This document shows positions 44,710-54,600 of a DNA stretch of 64,000 nt, piece after piece. Source of the stretch: Kiritimatiellia bacterium (lineage in GTDB: Bacteria; Verrucomicrobiota; Kiritimatiellia; RFP12; UBA1067); the NCBI GenBank assembly GCA_045656285.1, contig JAZOQY010000037.1:19154-83153 (forward strand). Reading direction: 5' to 3'. Below the pieces are notes generated by a model. That model was not told where the DNA came from. It searched no databases and saw only the letters and a program-made list of their open reading frames with translations. Both the position numbers and the translations under genes were made by a program. Numbering within the stretch: position 1 is the first letter of the stretch; each line of letters starts with the position of its first letter.

Positions 44710-45921
44710 TCAATTCTTGAACGCGCTCCGGTAAATCGCCCGCGCATCCTCGCGACCCAGCGGTCTGAACGCGCCGAACACGCGCCCTTTCGATTTTTCA
44801 AGACCGTCCAGAAGTCTGTCGATTGAACTTTCCTCCAGGCCGAATTCCTCGAGCGAACGCGGCATTCCCATCGAAACGAAGTACGCCTGCAGACGATCGA
44901 TTGCTTCAAGCGCAGCCGCCTTGATCGCCTCTTCGGAAGAACCGGCGGGAACAATGCCGAAGACATCACGCCCGAACCCGGCAAAGCGCGACGGATCGGC
45001 GTCGACGACATAGCGCATCCAGGCGGGCATCACGACAGCGAGCCCCGCGCCGTGAGTGATTTCAGGATCGATCGCCGAAAGCTCATGTTCAAGAGCATGA
45101 CTCTCCCATCCGCCGGCGCGCGTCTTTGCGGAAGAGGCGCGCCCGCAACCGACAAGGTCGTTGTGGGCCAAGGTCCCCGCCCACATGATGGCCGCGCGAG
45201 ATTCGTAATCTCTCGGATCGGCAAGCGCGCGCGGAGCCGAGGCTATGAGCGTACGGACAAGCGACGTGGCGAGAGCGTCGGTAACCGGTGCCGCGCCCTG
45301 TCCGCTGAAATAACGCTCGCAGATGTGGGCGATCATGTCGGTGACGCCGGCCGCAGTCTGATAAGGCGGAAGCGTAAATGTAGTTTCGGGATCCATGAAC
45401 GCAAGAACCGGGCGCATGCAATCCGCGCCGACGCCGCGCTTGGCGCCCTGGGCGTCATTGCTGATGACACACGAAGCCGAACCCTCAGAACCCGCCGCCG
45501 GAAGCGTAAGCACGGCCGCAACCGGAAGACATTTGGAAATCTTGGCCTTGCCGTCGAAAAAGTCCCAGACATCGCCGTCGTAATCGGCTCCGAACGCGAT
45601 GGCCTTTGCGCAGTCGATGACGCTGCCGCCGCCTACAGGCAGCAGGCAATCGCACCCCGAGGAGCGCAACAGCCCGATGCCGGCGCGAACCTGGCCAAGC
45701 TCGGGATTGGGCCTTACGCCGCCCATCTCCTCGTACGCAACGCCGTTGGCATCCAGCGACGCCTTCACACAAGCGAGAACGCCGCTCTTGACGGCAGAGG
45801 CGCCGCCGTAGACCACAAGCACCTTGCGGAACGAACGGCAGGAAAGCTCGACGCCGACAGCATCAATGGCCTCTCGTCCGAAAATAAACTTGGTTGGGGA
45901 ATAAAAAGCAAAATCGTTCAT
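44710..45921 (-). CDS. Iron-containing (group III) alcohol dehydrogenase
   Basis: 403 aa. GGGSVIDCAKAIA is the family motif, and the His-rich metal site context is present. Confidence 0.9.
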   Translation of the reverse strand: MNDFAFYSPTKFIFGREAIDAVGVELSCRSFRKVLVVYGGASAVKSGVLACVKASLDANGVAYEEMGGVRPNPELGQVRAGIGLLRSSGCDCLLPVGGGSVIDCAKAIAFGADYDGDVWDFFDGKAKISKCLPVAAVLTLPAAGSEGSASCVISNDAQGAKRGVGADCMRPVLAFMDPETTFTLPPYQTAAGVTDMIAHICERYFSGQGAAPVTDALATSLVRTLIASAPRALADPRDYESRAAIMWAGTLAHNDLVGCGRASSAKTRAGGWESHALEHELSAIDPEITHGAGLAVVMPAWMRYVVDADPSRFAGFGRDVFGIVPAGSSEEAIKAAALEAIDRLQAYFVSMGMPRSLEEFGLEESSIDRLLDGLEKSKGRVFGAFRPLGREDARAIYRSAFKN

Positions 45922-45927
45922 GGATCA

Positions 45928-45936
45928 ATTATACCA
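45928..45936 (-). promoter_or_regulatory. Extended -10 promoter TGGTATAAT, leaderless geometry (alcohol dehydrogenase-GH43)
   Basis: 6 nt separate the hexamer from ATG 45921, so the predicted start site falls on the A of the ATG. Confidence 0.55.
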
Positions 45937-45973
45937 TATATTTTCGACTGAAGCTCCGCTCCGGCAAACCGGA

Positions 45974-47911
45974 TCAAAGCATATCCGCTCCGACATCGTC
46001 AGCCACCTTTTCTCTTTTCCGAACCGACGCCCTTTCTTCAGCAATCAACCGCGCCTTCATTTTCTTGTTTTCCACAACAATGACACCGCTGCCAGAATCA
46101 TTGAACGAAACGCTAATTGTAACATTTTGATTCTCAAAATAAGCTCTGTCGCCGAACTCCTTAAATGAAACAACAGAATATTTCTTCTCCATCATTTTTA
46201 CAATACTGTGAAGTTCATCCATCCTGGAAACTTCGGTTGTAAATGAATTTTCCGGACAAAACACCTCTACCTTGTAAAGGCCACCCGACTTCACCCCCGA
46301 CAACCGCACCATATTGAATTTACGGAAAGGCTTTGCCAACTCTCCAAAATACGAAACTCCATCCGTGCTTTCTTGAACATCTCGCAACCTGCCGCCATAC
46401 TTCATTTGACGAAAACGGGCAGCCAAGACTTCGTTTTTATCATCTGCATCTATCTTCAGTCTGTCACCAAAACGGAACCCCATAAACGATCCCAGATCAA
46501 ATTCCGCAACAGCCATTCGCTTTTTCTTAAAAGTTTTGAATTCCATTTCTTCTGCGGATTTTTTATTTAGATCTATCGCAGGTTTATATTCCTGATTTGG
46601 CGCCCAGTTCGGACAATATCTATAGTAGACCATCAGCTGAAGCGCCACGAGACAGGAGTCCATATACGGACGGGTTGAAAAATTATCTTCGTTCACATAA
46701 TAGCCCTGCCTGTGATCCCGACCAGTCCAGTCCTTGACGGGCTCGTACAGGTTCTTTATTGTAGACGTATAAAGCATCTTCATCGCTTTGTTCCAATCAT
46801 ACCAGGTCTGAGCATCTTCCTTTTTGGCACCTTCCTTCATTCCCGCCTGATACTTGCATTGGGTAGCGTAATAGCAGTAGTACTGCGGACAATAGTTGGT
46901 GCCCTCCCGCTTTCCTTTATGAGTAATGGCGCCTTTTTCAAAAGTAGGCTTCCATTCTCGCATATATTCAAGAGAAGATGCTACCTCTTTCTGGCCGCCG
47001 TAGCCTAACAACTGCATCGCCAAGCAACCTACGCCCGCCAGACCAGGATGATATTCGCTGGTGGCCGTATACTTAAACGTGCCGCAATCAAAGTTTCTTA
47101 TCCGAAGGCAGCGAATCGCCTTTTTAATGCAATCGTCAAGACCGTCCGGATTGAGCCCGGCCATCTTACCGGCCTTAAGAGCCTGAATAGCCCAACCGGC
47201 GAAAGAAACGTCGTCTCTGTTGGAGGACTTGTTCAACTTGTAATCCCATCCGCCTGTTGAAGACTGGTTCTTTACGATACGATCCAGACATACTAATGCG
47301 ACTTCTTTGATGTCGGGATTTTTAATCATGCCGTATGCTTCACATAAGGCATACGTCGCAATAAGAAACGCGTACTCGTTGCCGTCGGTGCCTTCCATCC
47401 TGACACCGCTGGAAGTTTCTTCAACGCAACCTATAACGTACTGAATCGCCTTTTGGACCACAGGACCGAAATCCTTCTCGTAAGGAGAATCCGACCCGGG
47501 ATATTCGCCATGGGCCAAATAAGTAAGGATGGCAAACGACGTGTTGGCCAAAGCATTGCGGCTGCCAGAATGATTCTTGGACCAGGAGCCGTCCGAATTC
47601 TGTGTCGCCTTAAGCCACCAAAGAACCTTCATGACACACGCTTCGGTGGCAATATCGCCATCGCCCTTGCCTCCGCGCGTTTTAGCGCCAATCGTACCGG
47701 GATCACGAAAACCGACCATAGACCGCATCTTGACCGGCGAAACTACATTATGCACCGATTTGACCAGTGTGGAGTTTTGCGGATTCGGGACCGAGCCATC
47801 CAATAAGTCCAATGAAAATTCCCCGAAATCGTTTCGGTCTTGAGACATCGCAGATAAAGGCATTGCACTGCAGATAAGCACCAACAAAGCAAACAATAAT
47901 GTCTTGTTCAT
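45974..47911 (-). CDS. Secreted prenyltransferase/squalene-oxidase-repeat protein with ~200-aa unknown C-terminal domain
   Basis: 645 aa with a signal peptide. TQNSDGSWS and NQSSTGGWDY are alpha/alpha-toroid repeat motifs. The gene is visibly AT-rich. Confidence 0.65.
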   Translation of the reverse strand: MNKTLLFALLVLICSAMPLSAMSQDRNDFGEFSLDLLDGSVPNPQNSTLVKSVHNVVSPVKMRSMVGFRDPGTIGAKTRGGKGDGDIATEACVMKVLWWLKATQNSDGSWSKNHSGSRNALANTSFAILTYLAHGEYPGSDSPYEKDFGPVVQKAIQYVIGCVEETSSGVRMEGTDGNEYAFLIATYALCEAYGMIKNPDIKEVALVCLDRIVKNQSSTGGWDYKLNKSSNRDDVSFAGWAIQALKAGKMAGLNPDGLDDCIKKAIRCLRIRNFDCGTFKYTATSEYHPGLAGVGCLAMQLLGYGGQKEVASSLEYMREWKPTFEKGAITHKGKREGTNYCPQYYCYYATQCKYQAGMKEGAKKEDAQTWYDWNKAMKMLYTSTIKNLYEPVKDWTGRDHRQGYYVNEDNFSTRPYMDSCLVALQLMVYYRYCPNWAPNQEYKPAIDLNKKSAEEMEFKTFKKKRMAVAEFDLGSFMGFRFGDRLKIDADDKNEVLAARFRQMKYGGRLRDVQESTDGVSYFGELAKPFRKFNMVRLSGVKSGGLYKVEVFCPENSFTTEVSRMDELHSIVKMMEKKYSVVSFKEFGDRAYFENQNVTISVSFNDSGSGVIVVENKKMKARLIAEERASVRKREKVADDVGADML

Positions 47912-47983
47912 TTTTAAACTCCTGCCTTAGACGATCATACGGCTCTCTCGCATCTTGACTGCATCAAACAGTAATCTTGTATC

Positions 47984-47992
47984 ATTATATCA
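47984..47992 (-). promoter_or_regulatory. Extended -10 promoter TGATATAAT (prenyltransferase-repeat gene)
   Basis: The leader would be about 65 nt and contains an AGGAG SD. Confidence 0.5.
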
Positions 47993-48216
47993 AAAAACCG
48001 CAAAAATCACATGATGCCACCCAACTGGAGCTTGCCCATTTATCAAAACCGCTTGGCAAGGTGAGCTTTCCGCCCCCACCGCTAGACCTCGATTGTTTTT
48101 GGTATGCCATCTATAAATGCGACCGCGGTTAAGGCAACTGTGATTCTCTTTTGACATGGGCATTTTACTTTTCTGAACGCGCGAGGCGTCAGAACCCCAT
48201 AGCGAGTCGAGATCGA

Positions 48217-48243
48217 GAAAAAGCTCCAGACACACTCCGGAGC
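48217..48243 (-). terminator. Rho-independent terminator after comF
   Basis: On the minus strand, GCTCCGG-AGTGTGT-CTGGAGC forms a 7-bp stem with one G-U pair. TTTTTC follows it. Confidence 0.6.
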
Positions 48244-48251
48244 GCCTCATT

Positions 48252-48974
48252 TTACTTCTGCAGGACGGAGCGCGCTAAAGTAAGCCCCCAAACGCGCCAC
48301 ACACCGCCCTCTTTCAGAATCTTCGCGCATTCCGAGAGCGTTGCACCCGTCGCCATTACGTCGTCGACAAGAAGAATCGTCCGTCCGCGCATTGACCTGG
48401 AGTCGACAACCCTGAAAGTTCCGATCACGTTCTCACGACGCTCCTCCTCGCTCAAACCCGCCTGGCGCCTTGGATGGCCGCATCTGGCGACAACGTTTTC
48501 GAGACATATCCTGTCGATTCGCTTCGCCAGAGAACGCGCCAGGTAGACGCACTGGTTGTATCCGCGGTCGATCCGGTGAAAAAGCGTGACCGGCATCGGG
48601 ACAACGGCATCCACCTGCGCGAGATCGTACCTGGCAAGCGCCGCGGCTTCGATCCAATCGACGAAATCATCCTTGAGCCAGACAGCTTCGCCCGACTTGT
48701 ATGTAAGCAAGAGTTCGCGCGCATCATTTTCAAAACGCACAGCGCTGGCCGCCGCATCATAGGCCGATGGCCGACGCTTGCATTCCTCGCAGACGAATCC
48801 GCCGACGGCACTCTCCACGCTTCTGCCGCAAACACGGCAGCATCCCTCCTGGCTGAGAAACGGAACGCGCATCAAACAAGCCGAGCAGATGTACCTCCCC
48901 GGCCTGTCCGCCCGGCCCCCGCAGATTTCACATCTGCGCGGCCAGACAGCGTCAAGTAGCCCGTCAGCCTTCAA
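48252..48974 (-). CDS. comF: ComF-family phosphoribosyltransferase-like protein
   Basis: The N-terminal Cys clusters are CEICGG...CSAC. ILLVDDVMATGATL is the PRT motif. The TTG start overlaps the SPFH gene by 11 nt. Confidence 0.8.
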   Translation of the reverse strand: MKADGLLDAVWPRRCEICGGRADRPGRYICSACLMRVPFLSQEGCCRVCGRSVESAVGGFVCEECKRRPSAYDAAASAVRFENDARELLLTYKSGEAVWLKDDFVDWIEAAALARYDLAQVDAVVPMPVTLFHRIDRGYNQCVYLARSLAKRIDRICLENVVARCGHPRRQAGLSEEERRENVIGTFRVVDSRSMRGRTILLVDDVMATGATLSECAKILKEGGVWRVWGLTLARSVLQK

Positions 48975-49908
48975 CCTTCTTGATCACTGACGTGCAGGCC
49001 TTCAAGACACCGGCGACATCCGCAAGATTGGAAGGGATTATCATCGTGTTGTTCGTCTTTGCGAGATTGCCGAACTGGGCAAGATACTGCTGTGCGAGCT
49101 GCATGTTGACGGACTCGAGACCGCCCGCTCCGTTTATCGCCTCTGCGACCTTGGTGATGCCGGCCGCCTGAGCCTCGGCGACAAGAAGAATCTCCTTCGC
49201 CTGACCCTCGGCCTCGTTGATGCGGCGGGCGCGTTCACCCTCGGAAAGCGCAATCGCCTCCTGGCGCTCGCCCTCGGCGCGGTTGATCTTTGCCTGGCGC
49301 TCGCCCTCGGACTCGGCGATCATCGCACGCTTCTCGCGCTCGGCGCGCATCTGCTTTTCCATCGCATCGCGAATCGACCTGGGCGGAGTGATGTTCTTGA
49401 TTTCGTAGCGCGTAACCTTGATTCCCCAAGGATCGGAAGCCTTGTCTACCGCCGCGACGACAGCCGCATTGATGGAAGTGCGTTCTTCAAAGCTGCGGTC
49501 GAGATCGAGTTTGCCCATCTCGGAGCGCATCGTTGTCTGGGCGAGCTGCACCGTAGCGAAGAGATAGTTGCCGATTCCGTATGAAGCCTTGGCGGGATCC
49601 ATCACCTGCATGTAGAGAATGCCGTCGACCGACACCGCGATATTGTCCTTCGTAATGCATTCCTGGGGCGGAACGTCTATCGCCTGTTCCTTGAGAGTGT
49701 GGCGATATGCGATACGGTCGAAGAACGGCAGAAGAATATGGAAGCCGGCCTCGAGAGTGCAGCGGTACTTGCCGAGACGCTCGACGATATAAGCAGTCTT
49801 CTGAGGCACCACGACAGCGGTTTTTATGATCGCGACAATAACGATCAAGGCGACAATGCCCACAAAAATCAAACCTGCATTATGAACATCAATCATAGAA
49901 AAAAACAT
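48964..49908 (-). CDS. SPFH/Band-7 (stomatin/paraslipin-like) membrane protein
   Basis: 314 aa. An N-terminal TM is followed by the SPFH core (VVPQKTAYIVERLGKY...) and an ERQ/EAE-rich coiled coil. Confidence 0.9.
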   Translation of the reverse strand: MFFSMIDVHNAGLIFVGIVALIVIVAIIKTAVVVPQKTAYIVERLGKYRCTLEAGFHILLPFFDRIAYRHTLKEQAIDVPPQECITKDNIAVSVDGILYMQVMDPAKASYGIGNYLFATVQLAQTTMRSEMGKLDLDRSFEERTSINAAVVAAVDKASDPWGIKVTRYEIKNITPPRSIRDAMEKQMRAEREKRAMIAESEGERQAKINRAEGERQEAIALSEGERARRINEAEGQAKEILLVAEAQAAGITKVAEAINGAGGLESVNMQLAQQYLAQFGNLAKTNNTMIIPSNLADVAGVLKACTSVIKKVEG

Positions 49909-49959
49909 GATTTTTCCCTTTCATTATTTGTTCTTCACTTTTAGTCCCTTGTTTTTGAC

Positions 49960-49965
49960 AGTATA
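49960..49965 (-). promoter_or_regulatory. -10-like hexamer TATACT (SPFH-comF)
   Basis: It is preceded by TGTG, so it is not a canonical TGn extension. It lies about 45 nt upstream of ATG 49908. Confidence 0.3.
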
Positions 49966-49989
49966 CACAATCCTTCCGCGTGCAGTCAA

Positions 49990-50017
49990 CTTGATTCCAC
50001 CGACTTGATTCCACCGA
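49990..50017. repeat. Perfect tandem duplication of a 14-nt unit (cttgattccaccga x2) upstream of the SPFH-comF promoter region
   Basis: Read directly at 49990-50003 and 50004-50017. On the minus strand it lies about 25-52 nt upstream of the TATACT hexamer. Confidence 0.85.
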
Positions 50018-50105
50018 TTCCTCACACCCCGCAGCTTGCCAATATAACAGACATTATCGACAAAGTCGGTGTGTCTCCATGGGCATATCGTCTTCCCGCG
50101 AATTC

Positions 50106-51644
50106 TCATTCTGTCAGGCCGGTTACGCGCTCGACAGCCTTCTCGCAACAGGCTTTAATGGAGTCTTCGCCGGCGTAGATGCGCACGCTTCCTTTCGTAC
50201 GTGTGATGCCCGTATAGAGGATTTCCCGCGTGAGAAGCGGAGAATCACCGTCTGGCGGCAGGACTATCGCCACATCGTCGAACTCCGAACCCTGCGACTT
50301 GTGGATGGTCGTTGCGAACGCCAGTTCCGTCGCCGGCAGAAGCTCAAGCCGGATGGATCGCATTCCGCCGGCCACAGGCAAGTGCAATCGCCGAGGATCG
50401 TCCGGCATCACCACTCCGACGTCGCCGTTGGCCACATCCTGCAACCTGTCGTTTTGCGTGATCATCATAGGCACGGGGCATCCTCTCCCCAGCATTTTCC
50501 TGACGAACTCGTTCAGGCGATCCGCGCCGTACGGACCGCGACGCAATGCACAGAGGATGCGAAAACCGTTCAGCCTGTCAAGCGCGATCTTCGGATCCTT
50601 GCTGTCCGCGAACGCGGCAAAACACCTCCTGCTCATTTCCGCAAACCCCGGCCACGCCTGAGGCGCGGCGGGCTGGATTCCCGCAAGATCGACGTATGAC
50701 ACAGCACCTTGCACAGAACCGAGAATCGACATCACCTCCGTCGGCTTGTTGCAAATCACCGCTGCAGCAATGCGCGCAATGTCGCCACCAGACGGGAAAC
50801 GAGCGCTTTCCTCAAGCCGGCTGATGGAAACGCCCTTCATCCTGCAGAGATCGCCAAACACGTGTCCGCGCTCCACGGATGCAAGCTGATCGACATCTCC
50901 AGCCAGCGTCAGCCGACACCCGTCCGGCAGCGCATCGAGCAGCTTAGACATGAGGGGCATCCCGATCATACTGGCCTCGTCCACGATCAACCAGTCGACA
51001 GGCATCGGATTCCCGCGCCCGTGACGGAAGCTCACCAGATCGTATCGAGACCCGAGCAAGGTGTCGATAGTCGTCGCCGGAGCCGCCGTCACGCCCGCTT
51101 TCGACATGGATTCCGTCATTCGCGCGGCCGCCTTCCCGGTGGGCGCCGCCAGAGCCAAACGCAAACCCGGAGTCGTATCCTGCAGATACTTCACGGCGCG
51201 CGCAATCGTGTGAGTCTTGCCTGTTCCGGGCCCTCCCGTCAAAATCGAAAACTGCGACCTGCACATCGCCAACACCGCTTTTCTCTGTTCTTCCCGCAAG
51301 AGCGAATAGAATTCATCGCCTGGCAGCGACACGTCATCCGCCCGCACATTCCCCGCCATTCGCCCGATCCGCTCGGCCACATTCCGCTCGTACTGCCAGT
51401 TTCGGCGCGTATACAGCAGATTGCCGCTCACGACGAACGGCTCCATCACGTCATCGACAGGCGTGTCCCCGTCGACGACATGAACGACCTCCGGCACCCC
51501 GGAGAGAAGACGAATCTCACCTTCATCGAGGCGACGGCAGACATCCCCCTCATCCAGGCTGGCGACAGCCGAAGCGCAGATCTCGGCAACCTTCGCGTTT
51601 CCGCCGGTCATCCTTACCACCATGTCACGCACGGCATTCTTCAT
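50106..51644 (-). CDS. recD: Exodeoxyribonuclease V alpha subunit RecD
   Basis: LTGGPGTGKTHT is the Walker A motif, and the SF1 motifs (IVDEASM, TIHKSQGSEF) are present. Confidence 0.85.
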   Translation of the reverse strand: MKNAVRDMVVRMTGGNAKVAEICASAVASLDEGDVCRRLDEGEIRLLSGVPEVVHVVDGDTPVDDVMEPFVVSGNLLYTRRNWQYERNVAERIGRMAGNVRADDVSLPGDEFYSLLREEQRKAVLAMCRSQFSILTGGPGTGKTHTIARAVKYLQDTTPGLRLALAAPTGKAAARMTESMSKAGVTAAPATTIDTLLGSRYDLVSFRHGRGNPMPVDWLIVDEASMIGMPLMSKLLDALPDGCRLTLAGDVDQLASVERGHVFGDLCRMKGVSISRLEESARFPSGGDIARIAAAVICNKPTEVMSILGSVQGAVSYVDLAGIQPAAPQAWPGFAEMSRRCFAAFADSKDPKIALDRLNGFRILCALRRGPYGADRLNEFVRKMLGRGCPVPMMITQNDRLQDVANGDVGVVMPDDPRRLHLPVAGGMRSIRLELLPATELAFATTIHKSQGSEFDDVAIVLPPDGDSPLLTREILYTGITRTKGSVRIYAGEDSIKACCEKAVERVTGLTE

Positions 51645-51648
51645 CTTT

Positions 51649-54600
51649 TCAACCCTCCAATCCCAAAGTGGCGCAAAGCCTGTCGAGCAATGCCTCTCCC
51701 GGCCGGTCGCAAAACACGGCCTTCTCGCCGTTGTACGGAATCCCGCGCAGGAAGTAGTACCGTATGCCGCCGAAGTTACGTTCCCACGAATAATCCGACC
51801 CCATCGTCTCCTTCAGAAACCGGTGCAGGACGGCAGAATACAAGAGGTACTGGAAGAAATACCCGGACGACGCCATTTCCGCCGTAATGCCCTCTTCCCT
51901 GAAATCCTCCACGCGTCGCCTGAGACCGTTCGACTTCCAGTCGACGATATAATAACATCCGTCCTTGCGGAAGACAAGATCCATGAAGCCCTTGAAAAAG
52001 CCCTTCGGGATTGGACGGTCCCACCCGTCAAGCGCCTTCAGAAACGCCTCCTTGGACGCATCTCCCCTCCACTCTTCACGCAAGACATCCGCAATCGCAG
52101 CCGTTGTCGCCGCGGATTCCGCCGAGGAGAAGTTGAACTCCCATTCGCTGAACCGGTCCTTGCCGCCGATATCTCTGAGAGTGAACAGTTTCCCGTCCGG
52201 GGCATGAAGCGGACACTCAAGCGCCGACTTTACCATCTCGGCGACAAGAGAGGCATCTTTCTCGAACGGCTGGTCGTCAGGCGAAACAAGCCCATGAACC
52301 GGCAGCGCCCTACGCGTTTCCGCAAGAATCGCTTCATCGTCCGCGTCAAACGGCAGACGTTCCAGAATCTCGTGCCAGCACGTTCCGGTCTGCTTGCCGC
52401 CTGGCATGGCCATGACGCCCTCGGCACTCTCGTTCACATTGGCGCGTGCGGGAGGATCGAAATCCAATCCATCATCATTGCCTCCGTGTTCGCCTGGCGA
52501 CAGTGACGAATAGCTCCCCTTCGTTGGCTCTGCGGAATAGTGACGTGGCTCCAGAGCAGGCGAGAGATCCTCCGCCTTCACGCCCGAAGCAGAAGAGGAA
52601 TACGGCGGCAGCGGATCTGCCGGCGGCTCGTACCGGACCCACGCGATCGGCGAACCCTGCGCATCCTCTCCCGCACCGTTGCGTCGGGCGTTGGCAAAAA
52701 GACGATCGAGCGGCGACCCCGGTTCAGGACAGAGCGTCACGAGAACCGTACGCTTTGTGGCGCGCGTGAGCGCGACATACAAAAGGCGCATGCGCTCGGC
52801 GTCCTGCTCGGTTTTTGCCTTTGCCTTCGCCTCGTCACTCAAGGCGACATGCAGGTTCATGTTCTCGTCGTGGTAGAAGTAGGGCGGCTGCACGCCCGGC
52901 CCCTTCGTCATCGGCACGATGACAATCGGATACTCAAGACCCTTCGACACATGGATCGTCATGATCTTGAGCGCATCGCTCTCGCTCTCCAGATGCCGCG
53001 CATACTCCTCGACGTTCTTCTCGCCATTTTCGTCCCCGGACTTGCTGATCCGCTCGGTCAGCCAATCGACAAGCGTCTCGGGAGCCGGTCCAAGTTCCTT
53101 TGCCGCCGCATCTGCAAGGTCGATGATCTGCATCAGATCTGCAAGCATGCGCTCGCCGTCAGGCCGGCCAGCCAGTTTCCTCCGGAAATCGCATCCGTCA
53201 CTTGCCTCAAGCGCGGCAAGTGCGGCATTGAATCCCCGTGCAAGCCATATCCGGTTGAGTTCGCCGAAGAAGCCCACCATGTCCGCCAGCAAGGACTCGT
53301 CATCCAGGTCCTCCGTGCCGAACGAGAAGAAACCCGTCAGCAGCGCTGCGCGCAACTGTCCTCGCCCGCCCATCTGCGCCATCGCCATCAGCACCTGCCG
53401 GAAGTCGCCCGCCATGTCCCCGGCAAAAACATTGCCGGCGCGTTGAAGAACGGCCGGAACGCCTGCATTCCGAAGCGCATCACGCAATTTTGCGCCTCCG
53501 TCGTTCGACGCGGTGAGAATCGCGATGTCCTTCGGCGTGATGCCGTTTCCGCGCTGCTCTTCCAGAACATTCAGCACGGTGTCTATCACAGCCCGGGAAC
53601 TTTCGCCCTTTTCCGCCACCACAATGCGAAACGGCGACGGGTCGGGACTTCCGTCCGACAGCATCAGCGGCTCCTTCTTCCCGTCGCTGCGAAGCTCTTC
53701 GGAATAGCCGATGGAGTCGTCTCCGAAAGTGCGGCTGAACGAACCGTCTTCTTTCCTTTCATCCATGAACAAGGCGTTGACGGCGTCGATCAGACGGGGC
53801 GTGGAACGGAAGTTCCTGTCCAGACGGAAAGTGTTCGCCGCGACGACCGCATCCATGACGGCACTCCTGTAGGTATGGATGTCGCCGCCGCGAAACGAAT
53901 AGATCGCCTGTTTGGGATCGCCGACAAAGAAGAGCGACGGCGCCGGCTGCACCGCAGGATCAAGGAACACACGACGGAAGATCTCGTACTGGACAGGGTC
54001 CGTGTCCTGAAATTCGTCGACGAGCGCCGCCTTGAACTCTCTCCGCAGGCACGCAGCAAGCACATGCCCCTTCGCCTCATCCTGCAAGGCTTCTCGCAGA
54101 CCGCGCAGAAGATCGTCGTATGTCTGCGTGGAACGCACGGGACGATCGTCCTCATAGGCTTTGACGATTTCCGCCGCGCGGGCAAGGGCGCAGCTCACCG
54201 CATCATCCTCCGGACCGACGTCCACCTCCCAGTCGGTCTTTCCGGCGAGACCCTTCACATAAGCCTGCAGCGTCCCGATGTCCACGCCGTCCTTCACCGC
54301 ACCGGGGATGGACGAGCGATTGCACCGCCACCAGTCGCGCACCCGACGCGCAAGATCCCGCTCCTTCGTATCCGCAAATTCCGCCTTGAACGCACTGTCC
54401 GTCTCGAACGCGAAGCGAACCAGGGCGCGACGGCAGAACCCGTGGATTGTGGAGATGGCGGCCTGATCGAACTCCATGAGCGCGAGATCGATTCGCGTAC
54501 GCGCCACGGCGTCCGGCTCATCGCCGCCGATCACGGCCCGCGCGCAGGCGCGCAGCTTCTCGAGACGCCCGATCTCACTGTCATTCCTCCTCCCCTTGTC

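Noticed and set aside
47990-48250. An 86-aa minus-strand ORF in the comF/prenyltransferase-repeat intergenic gap
   Set aside because: It runs through the comF terminator hairpin, has no SD, and its composition is atypical with no motif.
49990-50017. Tandem repeats (14 nt x2 here, 9 nt x4 at 19153-19188) as a CRISPR array
   Set aside because: The units are far too short, have no spacers and no cas genes accompany them. One array lies inside the purL reading frame.
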